Source: the human T2T-CHM13v2.0 reference genome, Homo sapiens. Taken from it: 64,000 nt of DNA. Of the stretch, positions 53,801 through 63,900 are shown in pieces; within the stretch, counting starts at the first letter, position 1, and each line of letters opens with the position of its first letter. Where the stretch lies: NCBI GenBank assembly GCA_009914755.4, contig CP086569.2:22656001-22720000 (forward strand), in the 5' to 3' direction. The notes below the pieces were generated by a model. The model made no database searches and had not been told where the DNA came from. It saw nothing but the letters and a program-made list of their open reading frames with translations. The translations under genes were made by a program, and so were the position numbers.

Positions 53801-55375
53801 CTGAGTATTGGTGTAGACACCCAGTTTCCCTCGTACCAGTGTGGGTATGGGCACATTCCAGTTTGCGTGTCCAGCCTGTGTGTCTAAGCTGATGCACGCA
53901 TGTGCACACGTGTGCCTGTGTACCTTTGTGTACCTTGGTTTTGGGAGGGCCGACACTCCTGCCCACAGGTGTGCCTCAAACTCAGCTCTTAAGCTGGCAA
54001 GCAGGGTGCCGCTGGGTTTGGCAATCCAACTTCAGGACCCGTGAAGTCTGCATGCTAGGGAGAAGCAAAGAGTCCTCATGGTTCTCACAAATGGCAGAGG
54101 GAGGAGGAAAAGGGTGGCTGGCACAAGCTACCTAGAGGAGATGTCATAAACCTGAAATGACACCCAGAGGGATATAAAACCTAGTAGCTGCCTGTGTTTA
54201 CCTGTGTGTTCGGCTGGGGCATTCAGGTAAGAATCAGTGAAACCTGCAGGGCTTTGGGATTCGCTATTCGGGAATCCCTGTGCACCAGAGTCTCCGGCCC
54301 ATGAGAGAGGACAGCATGTGGGTCCGGCAGGGCCTGAGTCTCCAGGGAGGGTGGCATTCTCCCTAAGAGGGCATGGGTCAGTAGGTGGAAGAGAAACCTG
54401 GGCTGTGGGTTCAGGTAGATGGGACACTTGCCACTTAGCCAGGTGGGAGCTCAGGAGAGGGCCAGGAGAGCCTAACTGGCCGGTGACACCCCGTCCCAGT
54501 GCTGGGTGTGCGCACACGAGCTTTGCCCCATGCACCCTCTCCAGGATGCCTCACCTGGGCAGACAGGAAGCAAGGCACACAAGATCCTAAGCTTATGGTC
54601 ATGAGTGGACCCAGACTGGGGGGTCCCTAGGATCACTGTTCCCAGGAGAACCAGGCATGCAGGGTCTCTTCAGGACAGGGGTAAAATGCATAAGCCCAGC
54701 TCTCCACCCAGTGAGTGTCATGCCCTGATGATGTCAGCCATGGCAGATACAGGTCTTCCACCTAGATTGCAGATCCACAGGCTTACAACCTCCCCCTGGC
54801 CTTCTCTGGGACAGACCCCTGGACTCTGGAACAGCCAGTGCCCCAGGACTGTTCCTTCCCCGCCTCCAAGCTCGTGGGAGGCTCAGTGAGGACTCTCCTC
54901 CTAGTACATGGCCACCCACAGGCACTGTCAACAACCCAGGGCCCTTCTACATTCCGGGGTCCTGCCACCTTACCCAGCAGTGGGATAATGGGAAGGCAAA
55001 GAGCGGGAACAGACAGAGCGGGGGCCACAAGCCTCACCCTCCCACATGACAAGGGAATGAGGGGATCCTTCTCAGCGCAGGCAGCTGCTTTCAGAACATA
55101 CCTGGAGGCACAGCACCAGCTGAGGGATTCACTCTGCCACAGCTGGGCATGGGGGATTTCAACATGTGCCAGGGACCTTGATCCTGGTTGCTGTACCAGG
55201 TGTATCTCTCTTCCAGATCACAATATGCTCACACCCTCCTTAACCTGAATGGACTCCTTGTCCTCACCACATGGTGTTAGCGGGAACTGCTACTCCTGGT
55301 GCCCCAGCTGCAGTTTCAAGGTGAAGAGATAGAGCAGCACACCCCTGAGTCCTTGTCCTCTTATCCAAGTAATAT
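50810..55375. other. 4.5 kb GC-rich block with sharp edges against AT-rich flanks; no recognisable repeat or gene
   Basis: Composition shifts abruptly at ~50810 and ~55375. CpGs are sparse, so it is not a CpG island. Internal TG-rich low-complexity sequence lies at 53720-54000. AATAAA on the + strand at 52608 follows GC-rich sequence. Confidence 0.5.
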
Positions 55376-56671
55376 CCATAGAAATAGTAAAATAGTGGCA
55401 TATTAGACCTATTGACATTTTTAAGGCTGATCTCTTTATAAGCATTTCATCCATATATTTATGACTTTATCTCATGTATTTTATTTATAACTCTCATTTC
55501 AAAATCAATTTTTGCTCAAGTTATTTCAACATATAGCCAAATGTTCAGAGCTATGATACATAGGTTTCAAGTTTAAAAGTCTGTATCTGCTATTATTTTG
55601 GGAAAAACCCATCGAGCACTTGTAAAAATAAGGAATTATTAGGCATGACCACTGTAGTGGTCTAAAACACACTTTGAAATTCTTCTCACACCCATTTGAA
55701 AATATTCCTGATGGGACTGAACACAGTACTTGCTTGTAATGAATAGAAAACAGTGCAAGCATTTTCTGGATACTGGACCACCTCTGGCCTAGTTTAGAAA
55801 AGGTGACACAGCTCTGCCTAACTCTCCTGCTCTCATCCCCCTTAGGAGCCCCCGACCAGTACATCACGAAGTCTAACACCCTGATGACACTATGCAGAAG
55901 GGACATCCAATGGAGAGACTCAAAGAAATAGAAAAAGATGTCTGAGGATCTCAGCAGTCCAGCCCCTGCTATTTGAGTCACGCTAGCCATGGCACCAGGG
56001 AGATGAGAAGACACCCGCCAAAGTCCCCAACCTTGGCCATCACTAGATTGCGTCCTCCTGAGTGCCCCAGAACCACAATCATTTGGCTGAGAGACTGCGG
56101 GGGATTGCAGAGACTGACAGTTAGTAAATTATAATTATTGTTTAAGCCACTAAGCTTTAGATAATTCTGAAAAGCACTTTAGACTCCTAGAAAAACTGAG
56201 TTGTCTACTGACTTAATTGCAGAGAGCTGTAAAGGCCAACATCATGAATGCTAATACCCTGGAAAAGTCAAATCATCGAGACTCTTCTAAACACAACAGA
56301 TCTTTAATGCCCCTTCGCTATGGCTGGAGAATAATCTAACATGTATCTGATAGAGTTGTTTGAAAGCCTCTGTTCACATCTCTCAGCCTGGTATGGGTCA
56401 ACTCTGGTCTGCTTTAATTCTAGGCAACTGCAGCAGTTCACCTTCCATTTTAGGTCGTGGCCTACACTGATTTTTTGATCACTGACCGTGTCTTTGTCTG
56501 TGTGTGTATGTTTTGTGTGTTATCATATTTTATCTGAGGAGGCTAAATAATAGTACTATAGTTTTGTAAACAGAAAACATTCCAGGAAGTCAGTATTGCT
56601 TATAAACTGAGCTTTAAAATAGATATGAAATTAGACATGGCAAGATGCCATGTCTACTATCATACCAAAGC

Positions 56672-56850
56672 TAGCCAAGCTTGGTGGCCCATGGATATTA
56701 TCCCAGCTACTTGGAAGGCTGATGCAGGAGAATCCATTGAATCCTGGTGATGGAGTTTGCAGTAAAGTGAGATCACACCACTGTGCTCCAGCCTGGGCAG
56801 CACAGCGAGACTCTGTCTCAGAAATAAAAAGAGAATAAAATAATAAAATA
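56672..56850 (+). mobile_element. Partial Alu (right-monomer-like)
   Basis: gcttggtggcccatggatattatcccagctacttggaaggctgatgcaggagaatccattgaatcctggtgatggagtttgcagtaaagtgagatcacaccactgtgctccagcctgggcagcacagcgagactctgtctcagaaataaaa. Confidence 0.75.
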
Positions 56851-56885
56851 GGAGAGATTACTGAAGAGACAAATGCATAAAACTG

Positions 56886-57014
56886 GGTGGGCATTGTGGC
56901 TCACGCCTGGATCCCAGCATTCTCAGAGGATGAGGTGAGTGGATCACTAGAGGACAAGAGTTCAAGACCAGCCCGAGCAAATATTGTGAAACCTGGTCTC
57001 TACTGAAAATAGAA

Positions 57015-57059
<45 letters not shown>

Positions 57060-57216
57060 GGATTGGTGTCATATGACTGCAGTTGCAGTTGCTTAGGAGA
57101 GTGTGACTGGACAATTGCTTGAACCCGTGATAAGGAGGGAGCAGTGAGCTGAGATCACGCCACTGCACTCCAGCCTAGGTGACAGGGCAGGATTCTTTCT
57201 TAAAAAAAAAAAAAAT
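56886..57216 (+). mobile_element. Alu with a (CA)n microsatellite (57016-57058) in its middle A-rich linker
   Basis: ggtgggcattgtggctcacgcctggatcccagcattctcagaggatgaggtgagtggatcactagaggacaagagttcaagaccagcc.. (CA)21 .. ttgaacccgtgataaggagggagcagtgagctgagatcacgccactgcactccagcctaggtgacagggcaggattctttcttaaaaaaaaaaaaa. Confidence 0.9.
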
Positions 57217-57298
57217 CAGTGAGAGAAAAAGATACAGAGACAAAAAGAAAGAAAGACAGGAAGGAAGAAAGGAAGGGAGGGAAGGAGGAAGGGAATGA
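57217..57298. repeat. (GAAA/GGAA)n purine-rich simple repeat
   Basis: agaaagaaagacaggaaggaagaaaggaagggagggaaggaggaagggaatg. Confidence 0.85.
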
Positions 57299-57586
57299 AA
57301 ATTTGTACCTAACAGTTGTAGATACTTTTGGCATACATGTGATATTTTGATACAAGTAATGTGAACTGGTAAGCGAGGGATCAAAGAGGGGATGGGGGTG
57401 GGTTAAATTATACTTGCTTAGAAGGAATAATATCTAGTGTTCAGTGGCACAGGATGACTACACTTAATAATGATTTATTGTACATCTCAAAATAATTAAT
57501 AGAGCGAAGGTGGAATGTCGCTGATACCAAGAAAAGATACGCCAGACTCAGTGAGGTGGAATGTCGCTCATAATGAGAAAAGATAT

Positions 57587-57894
57587 GCCAGACTCAGTGG
57601 CTCACGGCTATAATCACAACACTTTGGGAAGCCAGGGAAGGAGGATTATTTCGGTCTGGGAGTTTGAGACCAGCCTGAACAATATATCCAAAGCATTGTC
57701 CCTACCACACACACACAAACACAAAAGCTGGGCACGGTGGTTGGTGTGTGTCTGTAATTCCAGCTACTTGGGAGGCTGAAATGGAAGGCTTGCACATTTC
57801 AAGCCCGTGTTCAAGGCTGCAGTGAGCTATGATGGTGCCACTGCAGTCTAGGCTGGACAACAGTGTGAGACCTTGTCTCTAAAAAAGAAAAAAG
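57587..57894 (+). mobile_element. Alu (+). Its first ~13 bp are included in a 47 bp tandem duplication (57509-57555 and 57556-57600)
   Basis: gccagactcagtggctcacggctataatcacaacactttgggaagccagggaaggaggattatttcggtctgggagtttgagaccagcctgaac ... gcagtctaggctggacaacagtgtgagaccttgtctctaaaaaagaaaaaag. The preceding 47-mer ggtggaatgtcgct[g/c]ata..aagata[c/t]gccagactcagtg is duplicated. Confidence 0.9.
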
Positions 57895-57961
57895 AATCGG
57901 TAAGTGCTTGAACTGAAGGATACCCTATTTATTATGTATATATTTGTTGATTGATATAATT

Positions 57962-58248
57962 ATTTTTGTGTTGGAGTCGCACTCTGTCACCCAGGCTAGA
58001 GTGCATGGTGCAATATCGGCTCACCGCAGCATCAGGCTCCCAGGTTCAAACCACTGTCCTGCCTGAGCCTCCCAATTAACTGCAACGTACTACAGGCAGG
58101 CACCACCATGCCCGGCTAATTTTTGTATTTTTGGTAGAGATGGGGTTTCATGGTGTTGGCCAGCCTGGTCTTCAACTCCTGTCCTAAAGTGCTCTGCAAG
58201 CCTCGGCCTCCCCAAGTGTTAGAATTAGAGACCTGAGCCATCACACAT
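57962..58248 (-). mobile_element. Alu (minus orientation)
   Basis: tttttgtgttggagtcgcactctgtcacccaggctagagtgcatggtgcaatatcggctcaccgcagc ... ggccagcctggtcttcaactcctgtcctaaagtgctctgcaagcctcggcctccccaagtgttagaattagagacctgagccatcac. Confidence 0.9.
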
Positions 58249-58711
58249 GGACAGTAAGATACACAAGACTCGGGAGATTTATCTTTTCACTTCATCCTCA
58301 CAATGCTACAGGTGAATGAAAACACTCCATAACATGAATAACTCACTTGAAAATCAAAGTTGGTAACTTCTCCCTTTAAAATTATTTGTACCCTTACCCT
58401 GTAAAAATTGATGATTCTGTCAAAATTTTTCAAGAAAATACTTCCTCCTTGCAGATTAGTCTGTCAATTGTAAGAATTATGGACTGCAAAACTTCTGGAA
58501 CTTGATGTATTTCATTTCTTTAGTTTGTATAATCAGGAAAATTAATTCATTTAGTTATTTCGGTCTAAATATTTGTATCATTCAGTGATGTCTTAAAACT
58601 TTAAGCAATCCCGTCGGAAACTTTATGCTGTTGTTTATGTTTTATACACTTCACTTTCCCCTAAGTATGAGGTTTAAAGCGTTTCCATTCATATTATCAA
58701 TTAAATACGAT

Positions 58712-58995
58712 AGGCTGACAGTGGTGGCACACGCCTATAATCTTAGCACTTCGGGAGTCTGAGGAGGGTGGATCAGGATTTTAAGAACAGCCTGGCAAAC
58801 AAGGTGAAACGCTGTCTGCACTAAAAATACAAAAATTGGCCCCGCTGTGCGGCACACATATCTAATACCAGTTACTCAGGATGCTGAGGCAGGAGAATAG
58901 CTTGGATCCAGAAGGCAGCGGTTGCCATAAGCCAAGACAGAGCCACTGCACCCCAGCTTCGGCGACAAAGCTATACACTTCACCTCAAAAAAAAA
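58712..58995 (+). mobile_element. Alu (+)
   Basis: aggctgacagtggtggcacacgcctataatcttagcacttcgggagtctgaggagggtggatcagg ... gccactgcaccccagcttcggcgacaaagctatacacttcacctcaaaaaaaaa. Confidence 0.9.
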
Positions 58996-59617
58996 CTGAT
59001 ACTATCCCAACCACTCTAGATTATTCCTATCTGTAAGAACATATTACTAAACCATTACTTACAACATCCACTGTCAAAATATTCAAGAAAAAATTAACGT
59101 GGGAACCTCACAAGACAAAACACTTACTTTCCACTATTTAAACTACGAACATTTAAATTCATTATGCTACGCACCTGAGAAACTTAGCTGGTTCACTTCT
59201 GATTTAGGTGAAAAAAAAAGTTTTCATTACCGTTATCCTCTTCAGTCACAGAATGCTTCACATAGAATGTTCCGGATGTCTTAAACTTTAGTATCAATAC
59301 ATCTAATGATTTCCTTTGACCTGTACTATTCCTCTAAAAAATAAACGTTTTATGGTGAGGCAGACAGTTTTGTAGTCTTTCTGAAGACTTCTCCAACATT
59401 TTAACCTTGTTAGTTTTTAAAGAGAAACAGCCTAATTACAAAACTTGAGCAGCTTGCAAGGGCGACATAACACATCCCTAATTTTGTACCTATGTTCAAA
59501 GAAACAAAGGAAAATGTACAACAGACTACACAATTTACTCTCCTATTGAATTTGCTTTAAGCATGCGCGGCTAACCAATAACACCAGGCATCTTGCAGTA
59601 CATGTCAAATTTTATTG

Positions 59618-59623
59618 TGAAAA
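59618..59623 (-). terminator. RBMY1: Candidate polyadenylation signal (AATAAA on the minus strand) about 250 nt downstream of the RBMY stop codon
   Basis: The + strand tttatt at 59618-59623 reads ..cacaataaaatttgacatgtactgcaag.. on the minus strand. Confidence 0.4.
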
Positions 59624-59870
59624 TTTTAAGGTAGATATTACATCTAAACACTTTTCAAATAGCATCAACAAGTATGAAATTACTTTGAAAACAATTCCTT
59701 TTCCTTTGAATACCTCAAAAAATTCATGGAGGAAGTTAGTATCTACCTCTCTCCACAAAACCAACATGTTTCTTTCAGTAATATGCAGGTAACAATGCAG
59801 AAATAACATTTCAATTTTTGATTTGCAAACAAGGATTGGTATGCAATAACTATTATTTTCAATGCTTGCT

Positions 59871-60169
59871 TTAATATCTGCTCGAGTCTCCTTTTTCAGA
59901 TCGACTCTCCCCACCATCTACTATAGATGCCACATAACTTGAGCTACCACATGCTTCACGAGGATCAGGGAGCACCCTACCCAGAGAAGGCGGATTCCTT
60001 TGGTCTTTTCTGCAAACATGCTCACGATCACAATAATGAAAATCACCACAGCTCGAGTAACTCTCCCAACTTCTGCCATATCTATCTCGTGTATTACTAT
60101 ATGCGTGGCAGGTGCTTCCACCATAAGACATCCGAGGCCCTCTTGCAGGTGGTGCACCATGAGAGGTCC
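59871..60169 (-). CDS. RBMY1: RBMY-family last coding exon (C-terminal region through the stop codon)
   Basis: The minus-strand exon follows acceptor ccctgcag. It encodes (G)[98 protein letters not shown] with stop TAA at 59871-59873. This matches the RBMY1 C-terminus as I recall it. Confidence 0.85.
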
Positions 60170-60580
60170 CTGCAGGGTTGGTAAAATAATATGTGGGACT
60201 ACATTTAAACATTTTTACTGCTATCATTAAAGCATGAATTAGTTAAAGTACTATTTGGAAATATCTGCTTTCCTCCGCCTTTGTTGACAGGATATTAATC
60301 AAGGCTTTAATAGTCAGAAGGTTTTATTTAAGAGAAGTGTAAGAGTAGTATTTTGCAGCTTAACAAACTTAATTCTAAAGTAAATGCTCAGTCACATTTT
60401 CTTAACGTTAACTGAAGTTCTCACCTTCATATCATTCCCTAGGCTTTATACTGTTAAGAATACTCAATATTTAAACATGTTGCATATGGCCTTTACAATT
60501 TTCCTTAGAATTTCATTAAAATAACAATCTGGTCTATTAAATAAAATTCTGTAATTTACAAATCCATCCTGGACCCTTAC

Positions 60581-60669
60581 CGTATCTCTGAAGTGCATCT
60601 CTATAAGAACTTCCACTTAGATGTTCAGAATGATCTCTACCAAGGGCCTCACCGTAGCCATCATGATAA
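60581..60669 (-). CDS. RBMY1: RBMY-family penultimate coding exon (89 bp)
   Basis: Flanked by acceptor aatttag| and donor |gtaagg on the minus strand. Encodes (S)[29 protein letters not shown](G) in frame with the neighbouring exons. Confidence 0.85.
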
Positions 60670-60756
60670 CTAAATTGAAAAAAAAAAAAGTCTTTTCAAT
60701 TTCAGAATGAACAATTTAAGAAATCCATTTGATAAATCCAGATAACATGTTAGTAC

Positions 60757-60867
60757 CTATATCCTCTAGAGGAATGTTCATCCCAACTAGAATGACCATA
60801 ATCACGGTATGCATAGTCTCTATGTGGTGGAGCATAATCCCTGGTTTCTCGGGAACTTGGATGATTT
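60757..60867 (-). CDS. RBMY1: RBMY SRGY-box exon (fourth box, 111 bp)
   Basis: acgcag|AAT CAT CCA AGT TCC CGA GAA ACC AGG GAT TAT GCT CCA CCA CAT AGA GAC TAT GCA TAC CGT GAT TAT GGT CAT TCT AGT TGG GAT GAA CAT TCC TCT AGA GGA TAT AG|gtacta gives [36 protein letters not shown]. Confidence 0.85.
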
Positions 60868-61251
60868 CTGCGTGCACGAGTTGAAGCAAGGAATTTTAAA
60901 TTGTCACCTTCTAGTATCCAAAACATAACTACATTACAACTTAAACACAATTAAATTGCCAAACATCTAAATAAAATGCCCACAGAGCCCAAATGCCCAA
61001 AATGCCCAAATGCCCAAAAAGCACATGAAACAGATACTCATAATCAGTGATTCAGGAAATGCATTTCAAATAAAAAAGGAGCTTCCACACTTCACACACA
61101 CACACTGGAAGGGCAAAAAATTTTCAAAAGCAGGAAATAACAAGTGTTTGAGAGGATGTAGATAAATTGGAGCCCTGATACAATGTTAGTTGGAATGAAC
61201 AATTTAAGAAATCTATTTGATAAATCCAGAAAAAGTTACAGTATCTATATC

Positions 61252-61362
61252 CTCTAGAGGAATGTTCATCCTGCCTAGAATGACCATAGTCTCAGTATGC
61301 CTAGCCTCTAGATGGTGGAGCATAATCCCTAGTTTCTCGGGAACTTGGATGATTTGTGTGTG
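61252..61362 (-). pseudogene. Degenerate SRGY pseudo-exon within the tandem array (two in-frame stops, lost AG acceptor)
   Basis: The same 111 bp register translates [34 protein letters not shown] (TAG and TGA). The acceptor position reads acacaa| instead of ..cag|. It is presumably skipped or intronic. Confidence 0.7.
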
Positions 61363-61787
61363 CATAAGTTTAAGCAACAAGTTTTAAATTTTCATCTTCT
61401 AGTATCGAATACATGACTAACTTACAACTTTAAATTAAAAGGCCAAACATCTAAATAGGTATTTCTCCAAATAAAATAGGCAAATGCCCAAAAAGGACAA
61501 GTGACAGATACTCATATTCAGTGATTCAGAAAATGCATTTCTTTTTGTTTTATTATACTTTAAGTTCTAGCATACATGTGCATGATGAGTTAATGGGTGC
61601 AGAAAATGCATTTCAAATCCAAAATGAGATATCATATTTCACACACACAGATGAATGGCAATAGATTTTCAAAAGCAGGAAATAACAAGTGTTTGAGAGG
61701 ATGTAGATAAATTGGAGCCCTGATACAATGTTAGTTGGAATGAACAATTTAAGAAATCTATTTGACAAATCCAGAAAAATTACAGTA

Positions 61788-61898
61788 CCTATATCCTCTA
61801 GAATAACTTTCATGTCGACGAGAATGACCATAATCACGGTATCCATGGCCTCTAGATGGTGGAGCATACTCCCTAGTTTCTCGGGAACTTCGACGATT
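61788..61898 (-). CDS. RBMY1: RBMY SRGY-box exon (third box, 111 bp)
   Basis: catacag|..|gtactgt encodes [36 protein letters not shown], which is intact. Confidence 0.85.
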
Positions 61899-62333
61899 TC
61901 TGTATGCATAAGTTTAAGCAACAAATTTTAAATTTTCAACTTGTAGTATCCGATATATGACTAACTTACAACTTAAACAAAATTAAAAGGCCAAACATCT
62001 AAATAGATATTTCTCCAAATAAAATGGGCAAACGCCCAAAAAGCACATGGGACAGATACTCATATTCAGTGATTCAGAAAATGCATTTCTTTTTTTTATT
62101 ATACTTTAAGTTCTAGGGTCCATGTGCATGACGAGTTAATGGGTGCAGAAAATGCATTTCAAATCCAAAATGAGATATCATATTTCACACACAGATGAAT
62201 GGCAATAAATTTTCAAAAGCAGGAAATAACAAGTGTTGGAGAGGATGCAGATAAATTGGAGCCCTGATACAATGTTAGTTGGAATGAACAATTTAAGAAA
62301 TCTATTTGACAAATCCACAAAAAGTTACAGTAC

Positions 62334-62444
62334 CTGTATCCTCTAGAATAACTTTCATCCCGACGAGAATGACCATAATCACGGTATGCATGGCCTCTAG
62401 ATGGTGGAGCATAATCCCTAGTTTCTCGGGAACTTCGATGATTT
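62334..62444 (-). CDS. RBMY1: RBMY SRGY-box exon (second box, 111 bp)
   Basis: catacag|..|gtactg encodes [36 protein letters not shown], which is intact. Confidence 0.85.
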
Positions 62445-62885
62445 CTGTATGCATAAGTTTAAGCAACAAATTTTAAATTTTCAACTTCTAGTATCCGATA
62501 CATGACTAACTTACAACTTAAACAAAATTAAAAGGCCAAACATCTCAATGGATATTTCTCCAAATAAAATGGGCAAATGCCCAAGATGCACATGGGACAC
62601 ATACTCATATTCAGTGATTCAGAAGACGCATTTCTTTTTTTTTTAATTATACTTTAAGTTCTAGGGTCCATGTGCATGATGAGTTAATGGGTGCAGAAAA
62701 TGCATTTCAAATCCAAAATGAGATATCATATTTCATACGCACACACTGGAAGGGCAATAAATTTTCAAAAGCAGGAAATAACAAGTGTTTGAGAGGATGT
62801 AGATAAATTGGAGCCCTGATAGAACGTTAGTTGGAATGAGCAATTTAAGAAATCTATTTGACAAATTCAGAAAAAGTTACAGTAC

Positions 62886-62996
62886 CTATATCCTCTAGAG
62901 GAATGTTCATCCCGATTAGAATGACCATTATCACGGTATGCATAGCCTCTAGATGGTGGAGCATAATCCCTCGTTTCTTGGCAACTTGGATGATTT
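62886..62996 (-). CDS. RBMY1: RBMY SRGY-box exon (first box, 111 bp). Upstream exons lie beyond the window end
   Basis: cacacag|..|gtact encodes [36 protein letters not shown], which is intact. Confidence 0.85.
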
Positions 62997-63369
62997 CTGT
63001 GTGCATAAGTTTAAGCAACAAATTTTAAATTTTCAACTTCTAGTATCCAATACATGACTAACTTACAACTTAAACAAAATTAAAAGGCCAAACATCTAAA
63101 CAGATATTTCTCCAAATAAAATCGGCAAATGCCCAAAAAGCACACGGGACTGATACTCATATTCAGCGATTCAGAAAATGCATTTCTTTTTGTTTCATTA
63201 TACTTTAAGTTCTAGGATACATGTGCATGATGAGTTAATGGGTGCAGAAAATGCATTTCAAATCGAAAATGGGATATCATATTTCAAACACACATTTGAA
63301 TGGCAATAAATTTCAAACAGCAGGAAATAACAAGTGTTTGAGAGGATGTAGATAAATTGGATTGCTGAT

Positions 63370-63900
63370 ACAATGCTAGGTTGGAACGGAAAATGATGCA
63401 GCTACTATGGAGAAATGTGATGGTTCCTCAAGAAAACAAACATCATTATCATAGGACCATGCAATTCCACTCATATACACCCAGAACCGAGTAAGCACAC
63501 TCAAACAAATATTGGTGCGTAGAAATACTCGGGTGGAAACAACGCAGATAAAATAATGGGTTAATAGCTTGTGGAAGGAGTGAAGTGCTATGATGTAAAT
63601 GAACCTTCAGGACATCATGCAAAAGGAGAGGAGACAAATACAAAAAGTCATGTAGTGTTTGAGCACATTAACATTAAATACCCACAACAGGTAAGTTCAG
63701 AGGCAGAACACTGACTGGTGTTATCTAGCAGCTGAGGAAAAGGAGAAAATGGGAGGGACTGCTTAACTGGTAGTAGGAGTTTCAATTTGGAGTGATGAAA
63801 ATGTTCTGGAACTCGATGGAGGTAGTTGTTGCATGGCACAGAATGTATCAAACACCACCTAACTGTTCACCTTATAATATTTAATTTTGTTATGTGAATT
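63370..63900 (+). mobile_element. Old L1 ORF2 3'-region fragment (+), contiguous with the L1-derived part of the SRGY tandem unit
   Basis: ..atgcagctactatggagaaatgtgatggttcctcaagaaaac..ccactcatatacacccagaaccgagtaagcac.. is diverged L1 ORF2 sequence (..atgcagccactatggaaaacagtatggcggttcctcaaaaaact..). The assignment is moderate. Confidence 0.5.

Larger units (their letters stand above)
60700..63400 (-). repeat. Five-copy tandem array of ~0.5-0.55 kb units, each being one 111 bp SRGY exon plus an L1-ORF2-derived intron
   Basis: Exon starts at 60757, 61252, 61788, 62334 and 62886 give periods of 495, 536, 546 and 552 bp. The intronic part (..aaaagcaggaaataacaagtgtttgagaggatgtagataaattggagccctgatacaatgttag..) aligns to L1 ORF2 (..aaaagtcaggaaacaacaggtgctggagaggatgtggagaaataggaaca..). 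Confidence 0.85.

Noticed and set aside
60700-63400. The five ~0.54 kb direct repeats as a CRISPR-like or minisatellite array
   Set aside because: The units are 0.5 kb exon-intron modules of a spliced gene with L1-derived content. There is no repeat-spacer architecture.
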